DNA of 64,000 bases from an uncultured Rhodospirillales bacterium (GCA_903845065.1 CAIMWH010000063.1:40003-104002); one strand, 5' to 3'. Numbered from the stretch's first letter, positions 9,687-19,161 are shown. Numbers and translations are program-made. Notes: generated from the letters alone by a model not told the origin.

Positions 9687-11477
9687 CTAGACGTCCATGA
9701 ACCAGTTATGCAGGTCCCAGAAATTGCTGTCCCACCCGCTCGGGTTGACCTGCAACTTGGCCGCCACCGCCGAAACGCCGGAGCGCGCGATCACCGGGAT
9801 CACCACCCGATCGTTCACCACCATGTCGTTGAGCTTCATGTGCATCGAGGCGCGCTTGATCGGGTCAAGTTCGTCCTCGGCCTTGAAGTAGAGTTCGTCC
9901 CATTCCTTGCTGCGCCAGCGCGTGATGTTGCGCCCCTGCCACTTGTTCTCCTTCTGGGACACTTCACGGGACAAGAAGGACTGCATCCACACCCCCGGAT
10001 CAGGGAAGGACGGCCCGGTCGTATACATCTGCAGGTCGCAGTAGAAATGCGGGTAGGTATCGGGGTTCGCCACATCCGACGAGAAGAACACCGACGCCGT
10101 GACAGACTTGATCTCGATCTCGATGCCCGCCTTCTGGCACGCCTGCTTCACGATCGCCTGCGTCTTCTGGCGCGGCTGGTTGATCGAGGTCTGGAAGACG
10201 TATTTGAGCTTCTTGCCGCCCTTCTCGCGAATGCCGTCGGCACCCTTCTTCCAGCCCGCCTTCTCCAGCAGGTCGATCGCCTTGTCGATATTGAACTCGT
10301 AGCTGGTCGCCTTGGAGCGGAACTTCTCCGGGTTGTGCAGGTAGTTGGCCGCGGCCACCCCGGTGCGCCCGTAGATGTATTTCTGCACCGAATCCCGGTC
10401 CACCAGCAACGCCAGCGCATCGCGCACCGCCTTGTCGGAGAGCGTCGGATGCACCGTCTTGATGCTCGCCCGCTCGCCGTCCACCTCGGTCCAGGGGTCC
10501 GTCGTGTTGATCTGGATATGCTCCATCGAGCCGGACAGGTTGATGTGCACCCGCCCCTTGCCGCCCTTTTCGAGCCGCAGCAGTACCTCGTCCTCAACCT
10601 GCATGTTCCAGGCGAAATCATACTCGCCGGTCTGCAACACCGCCCGCGCCGCCGAAACCGCGTCCCCGCCGCCCTTCATCTCGATGGAGTCAAAATAGGG
10701 CCGGTTGGGCATGTGGTAGTTCGGGTTGATCACCCCGGTCACCAGGTCGCCCGGCTTGAATTCCTTGAACAGGTACGGCCCGGTGCCCACCGGCTTCAGG
10801 TTGGTCGGCGCCTCGCGGGACTTGGCGCCCATGAACGGCTCGAACAAATGCTTCGGCACGATCATCCCGTTCACGCCGACGAACGCATCGGCCCAGAACG
10901 GCTTCGGGCTATCGAACAGCACCCGCACCGTGAAGTCGTCGACCTTCTCGACCTTCACATCCTTGTAGCTGCCCGACGTCACCGCCGCCGTCGCCGGATC
11001 GCGCGAGAACGCCCAGGTGAACACCGCGTCATCGGCGGTGAGCGGCTGGCCATCATGCCACTTCACGCCCTGCTTGATCCTCCAGGTGACCGATTTGCCA
11101 TCCGCCGCCAGCCCGCCGTTCTCCCGCGTCGGGATTTCGGTCGCCAGCACCGGCACCAGGTTCCCCTCGGGGTCCCACCCGGCCAGCGGCTCATAGAACA
11201 GCCGCGAGCCGTCCTGGTCCTTGGTCCCGGTCGCGAAGTGCGGGTTCAGCAGGGTCGGACCCTGCCACCACAGCACCTTCAACGGGCCGCCGCCGCCCCG
11301 CTTGGTGGGCTTGTAGACCGACTTGGTCTGCGCCTGCGCCACCCCGCCGAGCGACAGCAACTGGGTGGCGAACGGCGCCGCGAGCCCGGCCATCATCATC
11401 CGCCGCACGAAACCACGGCGCGAAAGGCGTCCCTTGCGCACGCGGCCGATCAAACCCCGGAGTTCACCTTCGTCCAT
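9687..11477 (-). CDS. ABC transporter substrate-binding protein, family 5 (peptide/nickel type), Tat-type signal
   Basis: Inner part of ORF 9687..11669 from ATG 11477. The signal is RLSRRGFVRRMMMAGLAAPFATQLLSLGGVAQA. Length and motifs are typical of SBP_bac_5. It leads the five-gene minus-strand operon. Confidence 0.9.
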   Translation of the reverse strand: MDEGELRGLIGRVRKGRLSRRGFVRRMMMAGLAAPFATQLLSLGGVAQAQTKSVYKPTKRGGGGPLKVLWWQGPTLLNPHFATGTKDQDGSRLFYEPLAGWDPEGNLVPVLATEIPTRENGGLAADGKSVTWRIKQGVKWHDGQPLTADDAVFTWAFSRDPATAAVTSGSYKDVKVEKVDDFTVRVLFDSPKPFWADAFVGVNGMIVPKHLFEPFMGAKSREAPTNLKPVGTGPYLFKEFKPGDLVTGVINPNYHMPNRPYFDSIEMKGGGDAVSAARAVLQTGEYDFAWNMQVEDEVLLRLEKGGKGRVHINLSGSMEHIQINTTDPWTEVDGERASIKTVHPTLSDKAVRDALALLVDRDSVQKYIYGRTGVAAANYLHNPEKFRSKATSYEFNIDKAIDLLEKAGWKKGADGIREKGGKKLKYVFQTSINQPRQKTQAIVKQACQKAGIEIEIKSVTASVFFSSDVANPDTYPHFYCDLQMYTTGPSFPDPGVWMQSFLSREVSQKENKWQGRNITRWRSKEWDELYFKAEDELDPIKRASMHMKLNDMVVNDRVVIPVIARSGVSAVAAKLQVNPSGWDSNFWDLHNWFMDV

Positions 11478-11753
11478 CAAAGCCCCCTGCAAGCGATGTG
11501 TGCAGCGCCCATCTGACGTGTGATGCGCTGGCAACAAGTCTTGTATGCCCCGACAGCAGACCGCGCCTTGCACCCTCCCGTCAATGTCTCTTTGACGCAT
11601 GCGGTGAAAATCGTCTGATTTCTGATTGTAACTCCCGGCCCCCGGAACCCGGCCCGCCTCCCTTGACACGCAACCCTGCCGCGGCGTCGACTACCGGCCT
11701 ATTCGCCGCCATGCCTCGTGGCCCGGCGAGCACCAACGACAAGGAGATCGCGC

Positions 11754-11912
11754 ATGGATTTCATCGAGTCATGGTTCGGCATCGCGCCCGACGGCGGTGA
11801 CGGTTCGCTCGAAGTGCTGTGGGTGGTGGCGATTGTCATCGCCGCGGTGGCCATCTTCGCCCGCCGCCGCATCATGGCGAAGCTGTCGTCCTGGTCGTCC
11901 GGCCGCCTCTAG
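11754..11912 (+). CDS. small (52 aa) single-TM protein of unknown function
   Basis: ATG 11754 is preceded by AAGGAG with about 9-nt spacing. The product is MDFIESWFGIAPDGGDGSLEVLWVVAIVIAAVAIFARRRIMAK.... The MDxIE..(G)xxPDGG(D/S)GS-TM-RRR pattern resembles small proteins I recall from other proteobacteria. Confidence 0.6.
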   Translation: MDFIESWFGIAPDGGDGSLEVLWVVAIVIAAVAIFARRRIMAKLSSWSSGRL

Positions 11913-11922
11913 TCGGCCCAAC

Positions 11923-13383
11923 CTAGTCGGCGGCCACGTCCGGCAACATCTCCGCCAGCATTACGGCGCCATTCCACTCCTGCAGGATGGCGACCGCGGC
12001 ATCACGCGCATCCGCGCTGCCCATTACCACCACATGCGGCCGCAGCATGCGGATCATCTCGTCTGCCGCGTCGTTGGTATCCACGATCACCAGGTCGACC
12101 GACGGCAGGCTGGCCAGCCGCGCCGCCCGCACCGCCTCGGTCTGATGCGGCCGCGAATCCCCCTTCGCCCGCCGCACCGCCGCATCACCCTGCACCGCCA
12201 CGATCAACCGGTCGCACGCGCCATGCGCCTGCTCGATCAAATGCACATGCCCCGGCTTCAACGGATCGAACGCGCCATCGGTATAGCCGATCCGCCATGC
12301 GCTCCGCCGCCAGCGTTCCGCCAGCCGCGCCGCCACTTCCCGTGACACGATTTTCCGCAGCGCCCCGGCATGAGGCGAAATTGCTGCCAGCAGATCACTC
12401 TCCCGCACCACCGAGGTGCCGATCTTGCCCACCACCACACCGGCCGCGATGTTGGCCAACCGCGTCGCCATCCGCAGGCTGAGCCCGGCCGCCAGCCCGG
12501 CCCCGAGCGTCGCCAGCGCCGTATCGCCGGTGCCCGCGATATCGAACACTTCCGCCGATTCGGCCGGGAAATGCTGCGTCCCGTCGCTGTCCACCAGCGT
12601 CATCCCGTCCTCGCCCCGGGTCACCAGCACGGCGCCGAAGCCATGCCGATCGCGCAGCACCGCCGCCGCGGCCGACACCACCGCATCACCATCCGTCGGC
12701 ATCCCGGTCGCCGCCGCGAGGTCCCGCGCGGCCGCCATCACCACATTGGCCCCGGCATAGCGGTGGTAATCCGCCGCATGCACATCCGCCACCACCCGCC
12801 GCCCCGCCGCCTGCGCCGCCGCGATGATCTGCGACGGCACATCGCCAGCCAGCACGCCCTTGCGATAGTCTGACAAAATCACCACCGAGGTCGCGCCGAT
12901 CGCATCGCGCGCGATCTTCATCATCCGGTCCACCAGCTTGGGATGGATCGGCCGCCCATCTTCCCGGTCAGCCCGCATGATCTGGTGCCCCTGCACCGCG
13001 CGTCCCTGGGCGATAAAGCGCGTCTTCAGCGTCGTCACCCGCCGCCCCTGCACCAGCAGCCACGGCTCCACGCCCGACTGACTGCCGATCAACCCGGTCA
13101 AATCCCCGCCGGCCTCGTCATCCCCCACGATCGAGACGAACGCCACCGCCGCCCGCAGCGCCGCCAGGTTGCGCACCACATTGGCAGCCCCCCCCGGCAC
13201 CGCCAACTCGTTCTCCACCTTCAGCACCGGCACCGGCGCCTCGGGGCTGATCCGATCGACCGCCCCATACACGTAGCGATCCAGCATCGCATCGCCGATG
13301 ACGAGAACCTGCGAGTTCGCCAGACGGCGAACGGCGGCGGAGAGTTCGGCGATGGCGGCTTCGGCCGCAGTCTCGGGGCTCAT
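11923..13383 (-). CDS. hldE: bifunctional D-beta-D-heptose 7-phosphate kinase / D-beta-D-heptose 1-phosphate adenylyltransferase
   Basis: 486 aa. The N-terminal half is a pfkB-type kinase (VIGDAMLDRYVYG, PEAPVPV, GAANV). The C-terminal half is a cytidylyltransferase-like domain (GYTDGAFDPLKPGHVHL). Confidence 0.9.
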   Translation of the reverse strand: MSPETAAEAAIAELSAAVRRLANSQVLVIGDAMLDRYVYGAVDRISPEAPVPVLKVENELAVPGGAANVVRNLAALRAAVAFVSIVGDDEAGGDLTGLIGSQSGVEPWLLVQGRRVTTLKTRFIAQGRAVQGHQIMRADREDGRPIHPKLVDRMMKIARDAIGATSVVILSDYRKGVLAGDVPSQIIAAAQAAGRRVVADVHAADYHRYAGANVVMAAARDLAAATGMPTDGDAVVSAAAAVLRDRHGFGAVLVTRGEDGMTLVDSDGTQHFPAESAEVFDIAGTGDTALATLGAGLAAGLSLRMATRLANIAAGVVVGKIGTSVVRESDLLAAISPHAGALRKIVSREVAARLAERWRRSAWRIGYTDGAFDPLKPGHVHLIEQAHGACDRLIVAVQGDAAVRRAKGDSRPHQTEAVRAARLASLPSVDLVIVDTNDAADEMIRMLRPHVVVMGSADARDAAVAILQEWNGAVMLAEMLPDVAAD

Positions 13384-13428
13384 GATCCACGCCCGTAGCG
13401 AAGCATTGCCCGGCTGGCAAGCAGGCGT

Positions 13429-14142
13429 TCAGCCCACCAGGAAATCCACGCTGTCTTCCTCCAGCACCGCGCAGGTCAAATCGCCGCCCAGCACCGCCCC
13501 GGTGTCGATCCCGATCCGGTGCGGCAACACCATCGGCTCCCGCGCCGGCGTATGCCCATGCACCGCCACCGCCGGCAGTTCACCGCGGTATGACAGGAAC
13601 GGCTCGCGGATCCACAGCATGTCCTCGCGGCTCTGCTCGTACAGCGCCACCCCCGGCCGCAGCCCGGCATGCACGAAAACATACCCGCCCACCCGGTGCG
13701 CAATGCCAAGCCCGCGCATCAGCCCAAGCTGCACCGGCGGTATCCCCGCCTCCCACACCGCCGGCGGATCGCGCCACGACAGCCCCCAACTCGCCAGCGT
13801 CTCCCCACCGCCATTGGCCAGCCAGTGCTGCGCATCCGCCCGATCATTGGAGGCCAGCGCCCGCAACAACATATCTTCGTGATTGCCCATCAGATTGGCC
13901 ACCGTCAGCCCCGGCGCCACCGGGGCGGCCAGCCGCGCCAGCACCCCCGCCGAATTCGGCCCGCGATCGATGTAGTCCCCCAGATGCACCAGCAGCGGAT
14001 GCGCCACCGGCCGCGCCGCCAGGTCCGCGATGATGGCGGCATGCATCGCCGCCAGCCGATCGTCACAGCCGTGCACGTCGCCGATCGCATAAACCCGAAT
14101 ACCGGCCGCCAAACTGGCCGGCGCTAACTGCGCGGTAACCAT
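13429..14142 (-). CDS. PPP-family metallophosphoesterase (ApaH/PrpA-like serine/threonine or dinucleoside-polyphosphate phosphatase)
   Basis: ATG 14142 (MVTAQLAP...). PPP motifs are present: GDVHG, GDYIDRG, GNHE, then VHAG and HGHTP. Confidence 0.8.
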   Translation of the reverse strand: MVTAQLAPASLAAGIRVYAIGDVHGCDDRLAAMHAAIIADLAARPVAHPLLVHLGDYIDRGPNSAGVLARLAAPVAPGLTVANLMGNHEDMLLRALASNDRADAQHWLANGGGETLASWGLSWRDPPAVWEAGIPPVQLGLMRGLGIAHRVGGYVFVHAGLRPGVALYEQSREDMLWIREPFLSYRGELPAVAVHGHTPAREPMVLPHRIGIDTGAVLGGDLTCAVLEEDSVDFLVG

Positions 14143-14251
14143 AACGCCGCAGCCTAGCGGCACGATCCTCCGGGCGCGAGTGCCAGCCCGCGGACAGGAT
14201 CGGCGGAGACCAAAAAATGGACCATCTGCCGGAAAATCCGGGGTGCCCGCC

Positions 14252-15598
14252 ATGAGTGGCCGGCTTGCCTCACTGCCGTCCGCGCGCGGTGAACCGTCGG
14301 CCGAGTTCATGCCTGGCGAACGCCAACTGCTGGAAGCCGCCCGCCGCGCCACCCAGCCGGCCGGCGCCGCCCTCATGATCGCCTTCAGCCAGTTCCCCGC
14401 CCCCGGCCCCCGCCAGCATCACCGCCGCGTTGCCCGTGCCCTCCTCGATGACGCCGCCCAGCGCCATGGCGGCCAGGTCTACGGCATGCGCAACAGTGAC
14501 ATCGTGCTGCTCTGCCCCGCCGCCGCCCTGCGCGCCCCGGCCACCAGCCGCGCCAACACCCAATCCCTCGAAACCCTCCCCGAACTCCTCACCCGCCTGC
14601 TGCGCCCCGAAGCCGCCGACGGCTTTGCCCCCCTCGCCATCTGGCCGCTGCCCGAAGCGCGGGACCGCTTACTCGCCTACACCACCGAGCGCCTCGCCGA
14701 TGGCGGCCTCACCCCGCTGGACCGCGCGGTGGCCCAGGCCGAAACTCCACTCGGCCTCACCGCCGCCGCCGAGGCACGCCTGCTGCCCGATCTCCTGCAA
14801 CGCCAGACCGCGGTGCAAATCGGCGGCACCCCGCGCCTGCGCCCGCTCTTCCGCGAAATCACCTACGCCACCGCCGCCCTGCAGGCCGAAGCCGGCGCCG
14901 ACCCGCTCGAAAGCGACCCCTTCCTGCTCCGCCACTTCGCCACCCGCCTGGAGGAGCGTGTCCTCACCGCGCTGCCCGCCGAAGTCGGCCGCCGCGGCGC
15001 GCTCGATCTCGCCCAGGGGCCCCGCCTGCACATCAACCTCGCCCCGGAATCCGTCACCACGGACGCCTTTGCCACCCTGGTCGCCATCTGCCGCACCCGC
15101 CGCGTCGGTCTCGGCGTCGAAATCGCCCTCGTCGATGCCGCCGCCGATCCCGAGAGTTTCGCCGCCGCCCGCACCATCCTCGCCGCCAGCGGCGTTACCT
15201 GCGTGATCGACCAGGTCTCCCTGCTCGCCCTGCGCCTCTCCCGCCCCGCCGCCCTCGGTCCCGATCTCGTCAAGCTCGAATGGGCACCGCGCTTCGCCCA
15301 CCTCACCACCGCCGAACTGCGGGACGTCGAAACCGCCTTCGCCGAAATCACTCCCGCCCGCGTCATCCTCGCCGGCGCCGACAGCGAGGCCGCCCTGCAA
15401 TGGGGCCTGATGCGCGGCATCCACCGCTTCCAGGGCCGCCATGTCGACGCCATGCTCGCCGCCAGCCGCATCGCCGGCTGCCCCGAGGCCGCCGCCTGCA
15501 CCCTGCGTCAATGCATCGAGCGCGCCAGCGCCGTCGCCCTCGGCGGCCGCGTCGGCTGCCGCAACACTCCCCTGCTCGACGCCGGGGCCCCCGCATGA
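14252..15598 (+). CDS. hypothetical protein with degenerate EAL-like C-terminal domain (paralogue 1)
   Basis: ORF 14180..15598. I chose the ATG at 14252 by alignment with the downstream paralogue. EAL-like blocks are LHINLAPES, GVEIALVD, CVIDQVS..LVKLEW and VILAGADSEAALQWGLMRGIHRFQG. The C-terminal tail carries 4 Cys (CPEAAACTLRQC...C). Confidence 0.6.
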   Translation: MSGRLASLPSARGEPSAEFMPGERQLLEAARRATQPAGAALMIAFSQFPAPGPRQHHRRVARALLDDAAQRHGGQVYGMRNSDIVLLCPAAALRAPATSRANTQSLETLPELLTRLLRPEAADGFAPLAIWPLPEARDRLLAYTTERLADGGLTPLDRAVAQAETPLGLTAAAEARLLPDLLQRQTAVQIGGTPRLRPLFREITYATAALQAEAGADPLESDPFLLRHFATRLEERVLTALPAEVGRRGALDLAQGPRLHINLAPESVTTDAFATLVAICRTRRVGLGVEIALVDAAADPESFAAARTILAASGVTCVIDQVSLLALRLSRPAALGPDLVKLEWAPRFAHLTTAELRDVETAFAEITPARVILAGADSEAALQWGLMRGIHRFQGRHVDAMLAASRIAGCPEAAACTLRQCIERASAVALGGRVGCRNTPLLDAGAPA

Positions 15599-16764
15599 CC
15601 GCCGCCCTCGCCCGCCGGGACATGCCCGACGAAGTCACCCGCCAGGGCAGCCCGGAGGATGCCCGCCGTCTCGCCACCCTGGTGCGCGAATGCGGCACCG
15701 CCGGCATCGGCCGCGCCGTCCTCCTCCTCCGCCTCTCCCAACTCCCCGAAGGCCGCACCCGCCCGCACCACCTCCAACTCGCGCGGGACGCCCTGCTGCC
15801 CCTCACCGGCGCCGCCCGCGCGCAACTCTTCCACCTCCCCAACCAGGATCACGTCGTGGTCTGGCGCGGCGAAACCCCCGCCTTGCGCGCCAGCCTCGAC
15901 ACCCTGCGCCACCTGTTCTCCGATGACCCCAGCTTCGGGCCGGACCCGATGGCCATCGCCAGCGTCCTCGCCCTCCCGGATGACGCCGCCCTGCTCCACC
16001 ACGTCATCGCCGAAAGCCTGCGCCCCCGCACCCCGCCGCCCCCGCCGCGCGGCGCCGGCCAACCGCTCGATCCGCCCACCTTGCTCGCCCTCGAACGCGC
16101 CATCGCCCAGGCCGACATGAGCCGCTTCGCCCGCCGCGAACCGATCTGCCGCGCCGGGCTCGAAGGCTTCCGCCTCGCCTGGGAACGCCGCTACCTGTCC
16201 GACAGCGAACTCTTCGACACCATCCTGCCCGACCGCGCGCCCCGCGCCGACCTCTGGCTCTTCCGCCGCCTCACCCGCACCCTCGATCGCCGCATGCTGA
16301 GCCTCCTCGCCGCCACCGAGGAACTGCGCGGCGTGCCCCCCTTCAGCATCAATCTCAACGTCGCCAGCCTGCTCGGCCCGGAATTCCTCCGCTTCGATGC
16401 CAACCTCCCCGCCGCCTTGCGCGGCCAGGTCGTCCTCAACCTCCACCCCGAGGACATCCTGACCGACCTCGCCAGCTTCTGCTTCGCCCGCGATTTCGCC
16501 GCCGCCCGCGGCTACCGCCTGCTGCTGCACGATGTCGGCCTCACCCAGCTCGCCCTCCTTCCCCCCACCCGCCTCGGGTTCGATTGCGTGCAACTCCGCT
16601 TCACCGCGCCGCTCACCGCCGAAGTCCTGCCGCCCGACATCGATCCGGAAACCGTCATCCTCGGCCAGGCCGACGATACCGCCGCCCTCTCCTGGGGCCG
16701 CTCCCAGGGCATCGGCCTCTATCAGGGCCGCATCGCACGGCTGCCCCACCGGTCCGGCCGATAG
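15595..16764 (+). CDS. hypothetical protein with degenerate EAL-like C-terminal domain (paralogue 2)
   Basis: ATG 15595 overlaps the previous stop as ATGA. It is collinear with paralogue 1: LSQLP..RPHH N-terminal block, FSINLNVAS, VVLNLHPED, LLLHDVG..CVQLRF, VILGQADDTAALSWGRSQGIGLYQG. Confidence 0.6.
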   Translation: MTAALARRDMPDEVTRQGSPEDARRLATLVRECGTAGIGRAVLLLRLSQLPEGRTRPHHLQLARDALLPLTGAARAQLFHLPNQDHVVVWRGETPALRASLDTLRHLFSDDPSFGPDPMAIASVLALPDDAALLHHVIAESLRPRTPPPPPRGAGQPLDPPTLLALERAIAQADMSRFARREPICRAGLEGFRLAWERRYLSDSELFDTILPDRAPRADLWLFRRLTRTLDRRMLSLLAATEELRGVPPFSINLNVASLLGPEFLRFDANLPAALRGQVVLNLHPEDILTDLASFCFARDFAAARGYRLLLHDVGLTQLALLPPTRLGFDCVQLRFTAPLTAEVLPPDIDPETVILGQADDTAALSWGRSQGIGLYQGRIARLPHRSGR

Positions 16765-16822
16765 ACCGCCGCATCCGCCCAACCTATACGGCCCCTCCAG
16801 CGGACCGGAGCACGAGGACAGG

Positions 16823-17557
16823 ATGGACGCGATCACCGTCGAGGCGTTGACCAAGCGCTACGGCGATACCCTCGCCGTCGACAACATCGCCTTCGCCGTC
16901 GCCCCCGGCGCCACCATCGGCCTGCTCGGCGGCAACGGGGCCGGCAAGACCACCACCATTTCCATGCTGCTCGGCCTCCTCGTCCCCACCGCCGGGCGCA
17001 TCACCGTGCTCGGGCATGACATGGCGACCGACCGTTTCGCCGCCCTCGCCCGGATGAACTTCTCCTCCCCCTACGTCGCCCTGCCGCACCGCCTTACCGT
17101 CGGCGAAAACCTCCGCGTCTACGCCCACCTCTACAACATCCGCCACACCGAACGCCGCATCGCCGAACTCGCCGACCAACTGAACCTCGGCGCCCTGCTC
17201 AACCGCCCCGCCGGCGAACTCTCCGCCGGCCAGAAAACCCGCGTCGCTTTGGCCAAGTCCCTCATCAACCGGCCGGATGTCCTGCTGCTCGATGAACCCA
17301 CCGCCAGCCTCGATCCTGACACCGGGGACCTCGTGCGCACCTGGCTCGAGCGCTACCGGGCGGAAAGCGGCTGCGCCATCCTGCTCGCCAGCCACAACAT
17401 GGCCGAGGTCGAACGCCTGTGTGACCATGTGCTGATGATGAAGCAGGGCCGCATCGTCGATCGCGGCAGCCCCGCGGACCTGCTGGAGCGCTACGGCCGC
17501 GATACCCTGGAAGCCGTCTTCCTCGATATCGCCCGCGGCACCGGAGAGGCGGCATGA
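16823..17557 (+). CDS. ABC transporter ATP-binding protein (ABC-2/DrrA-like exporter type)
   Basis: ATG 16823 follows GAGGA. Walker A is GGNGAGKTT, the signature is LSAGQKTR and Walker B is LLLDEPTASLD. Confidence 0.9.
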   Translation: MDAITVEALTKRYGDTLAVDNIAFAVAPGATIGLLGGNGAGKTTTISMLLGLLVPTAGRITVLGHDMATDRFAALARMNFSSPYVALPHRLTVGENLRVYAHLYNIRHTERRIAELADQLNLGALLNRPAGELSAGQKTRVALAKSLINRPDVLLLDEPTASLDPDTGDLVRTWLERYRAESGCAILLASHNMAEVERLCDHVLMMKQGRIVDRGSPADLLERYGRDTLEAVFLDIARGTGEAA

Positions 17558-18354
17558 TCCCCGCCGGCCGCCGCATCTGGGGCCTGATGTACCGCCACAT
17601 CGCCCTCTATCGCCGCTCATGGCCCCGCCTGCTCGAACTGGCCTACTGGCCGACTTTGCAGATGTGCATCTGGGGCTTCACCGCCAGCTTCTTCGCCGGG
17701 CGCACCGGCTCCGCCGCCGCCGTCACCATCGGCGGGCTGCTCGGCGCCGTGCTGCTGTGGGAAGTTGCCCTGCGCAGCCAGATGGGGGTGGCGATCTCCT
17801 TCCTCGAGGAAATCTGGTCCCGCAACCTCGGCCACGTGTTCGTCAGCCCGCTGCGCCCGTGGGAGCTGGTCGCCGCGCTCATCGCCATGTCAATCTTGCG
17901 CACCCTGGCCGGCGTGCTGCCCGCCGTGCTGCTGGCCTGGCTGCTCTACGCCTTCAACATGTTCAGCCTCGGCCCGGCACTGATCCTGTTCACCATCAAC
18001 CTGATGGTGATGGGCTGGTGGGTCTCCCTCGGCGTGGTCAGCCTCATCCTGCGCCACGGTGCCGGCGCGGAAGCGCTCGCCTGGTCCGTGCTGTTCGGCA
18101 TCACCCCGTTCGCCGCGGTGTTCTACCCGGTGAGCATCCTGCCGCCCTACCTCCAGCCCGTCGCCCTCGCCCTGCCCGCCGCCCATGTGTTCGAAGGCAT
18201 GCGCGCCGTGCTCGCCGGCAGCGCCTTTCCGTGGGGCGAACTCGCAGCCGCCAGCGGGCTAAATCTGCTGTGGCTCGCCGCCGCCACCCTGCTCTTCGCC
18301 CGCCAGTTCCACGCCGCCCGCGTCCGCGGCGCCCTCCTCTCCATCGGGGAATGA
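17554..18354 (+). CDS. ABC-2 type transporter permease
   Basis: 266 aa with six hydrophobic segments. The start overlaps the ATPase stop as ATGA. Confidence 0.8.
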   Translation: MIPAGRRIWGLMYRHIALYRRSWPRLLELAYWPTLQMCIWGFTASFFAGRTGSAAAVTIGGLLGAVLLWEVALRSQMGVAISFLEEIWSRNLGHVFVSPLRPWELVAALIAMSILRTLAGVLPAVLLAWLLYAFNMFSLGPALILFTINLMVMGWWVSLGVVSLILRHGAGAEALAWSVLFGITPFAAVFYPVSILPPYLQPVALALPAAHVFEGMRAVLAGSAFPWGELAAASGLNLLWLAAATLLFARQFHAARVRGALLSIGE

Positions 18355-18989
18355 CCATGACCCATACCGGCACCCACACCAGCTTCTGGCTGATCCGCCA
18401 CGCCCTCGTCGAGGAAAACGCCCGGGCGATGCTCTACGGCACCATGGATGTCGAACTCTGCCCACACAGCCTGGAATCCGAACGCCCCACCTACGCCGCC
18501 CTCGCCCGCCGCCTGCCCCGCCCGGCCGACTGGATCGTCACGCCGCTCTCCCGCACCCGCCGCACCGCCGAAGCCATCTTCGCCGCCGGCTACCCCGGGG
18601 CCGAATGGCGCGTCGAGCCCGACCTCATCGAGCAGGACCTCGGGGAATGGCAGGGCCTGGCCCACGCCGAACTCCCCGCCCGCCTCACTTTGCCCGCCCA
18701 CCCGTTCTGGCCCCATGCCGGCCAGGAATTGCCGCCCGGCGGCGAGAGCATGGGCGAAGTGGTGCTGCGCGTCGGCGCCACCCTCGAACGCCTCGCCCGC
18801 GCCCACCCCGGCGAAGACCTCGTGGTGGTCAGCCACGGCGGCGCCATCCGCGCCGCCATCGCCCACGCGCTGGGAATTGGCCCGGACAATGCGCTGCATC
18901 TGTCCATCCACAACCTCTCCCTCACCCGCCTCGAACGCCACCGCGACGGCTGGCGCGCGGTCTGCGTCAACGAAACCGTTGGTGCCTGA
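18351..18989 (+). CDS. histidine phosphatase family protein (phosphoglycerate mutase-like)
   Basis: ATG 18351 overlaps the permease stop as ATGA. It has the RHG-type motif LIRHAL and a distal VVSHGGAIRAA motif. Confidence 0.85.
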   Translation: MTMTHTGTHTSFWLIRHALVEENARAMLYGTMDVELCPHSLESERPTYAALARRLPRPADWIVTPLSRTRRTAEAIFAAGYPGAEWRVEPDLIEQDLGEWQGLAHAELPARLTLPAHPFWPHAGQELPPGGESMGEVVLRVGATLERLARAHPGEDLVVVSHGGAIRAAIAHALGIGPDNALHLSIHNLSLTRLERHRDGWRAVCVNETVGA

Positions 18990-19161
18990 GAATCTTCGCC
19001 AGACATGAACATTTGGTTGGGAAACGTCGTCAGGCTTGCTTGACAACTTATTACCGCCGCAGTGTGCCCACATAGCGTGAGCCGGCCCGATTCGCGTGCC
19101 CGCGCACTGGTTCCAGCCGCGCTGGCCGCTGCCCAACTGGCCCTTCCCCGGGAGACTCCTG

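Noticed and set aside
9678-11516. 612-aa plus-strand ORF
   Set aside because: It is antisense to the family-5 substrate-binding protein gene and has the same R/H/P/L-rich shadow composition.
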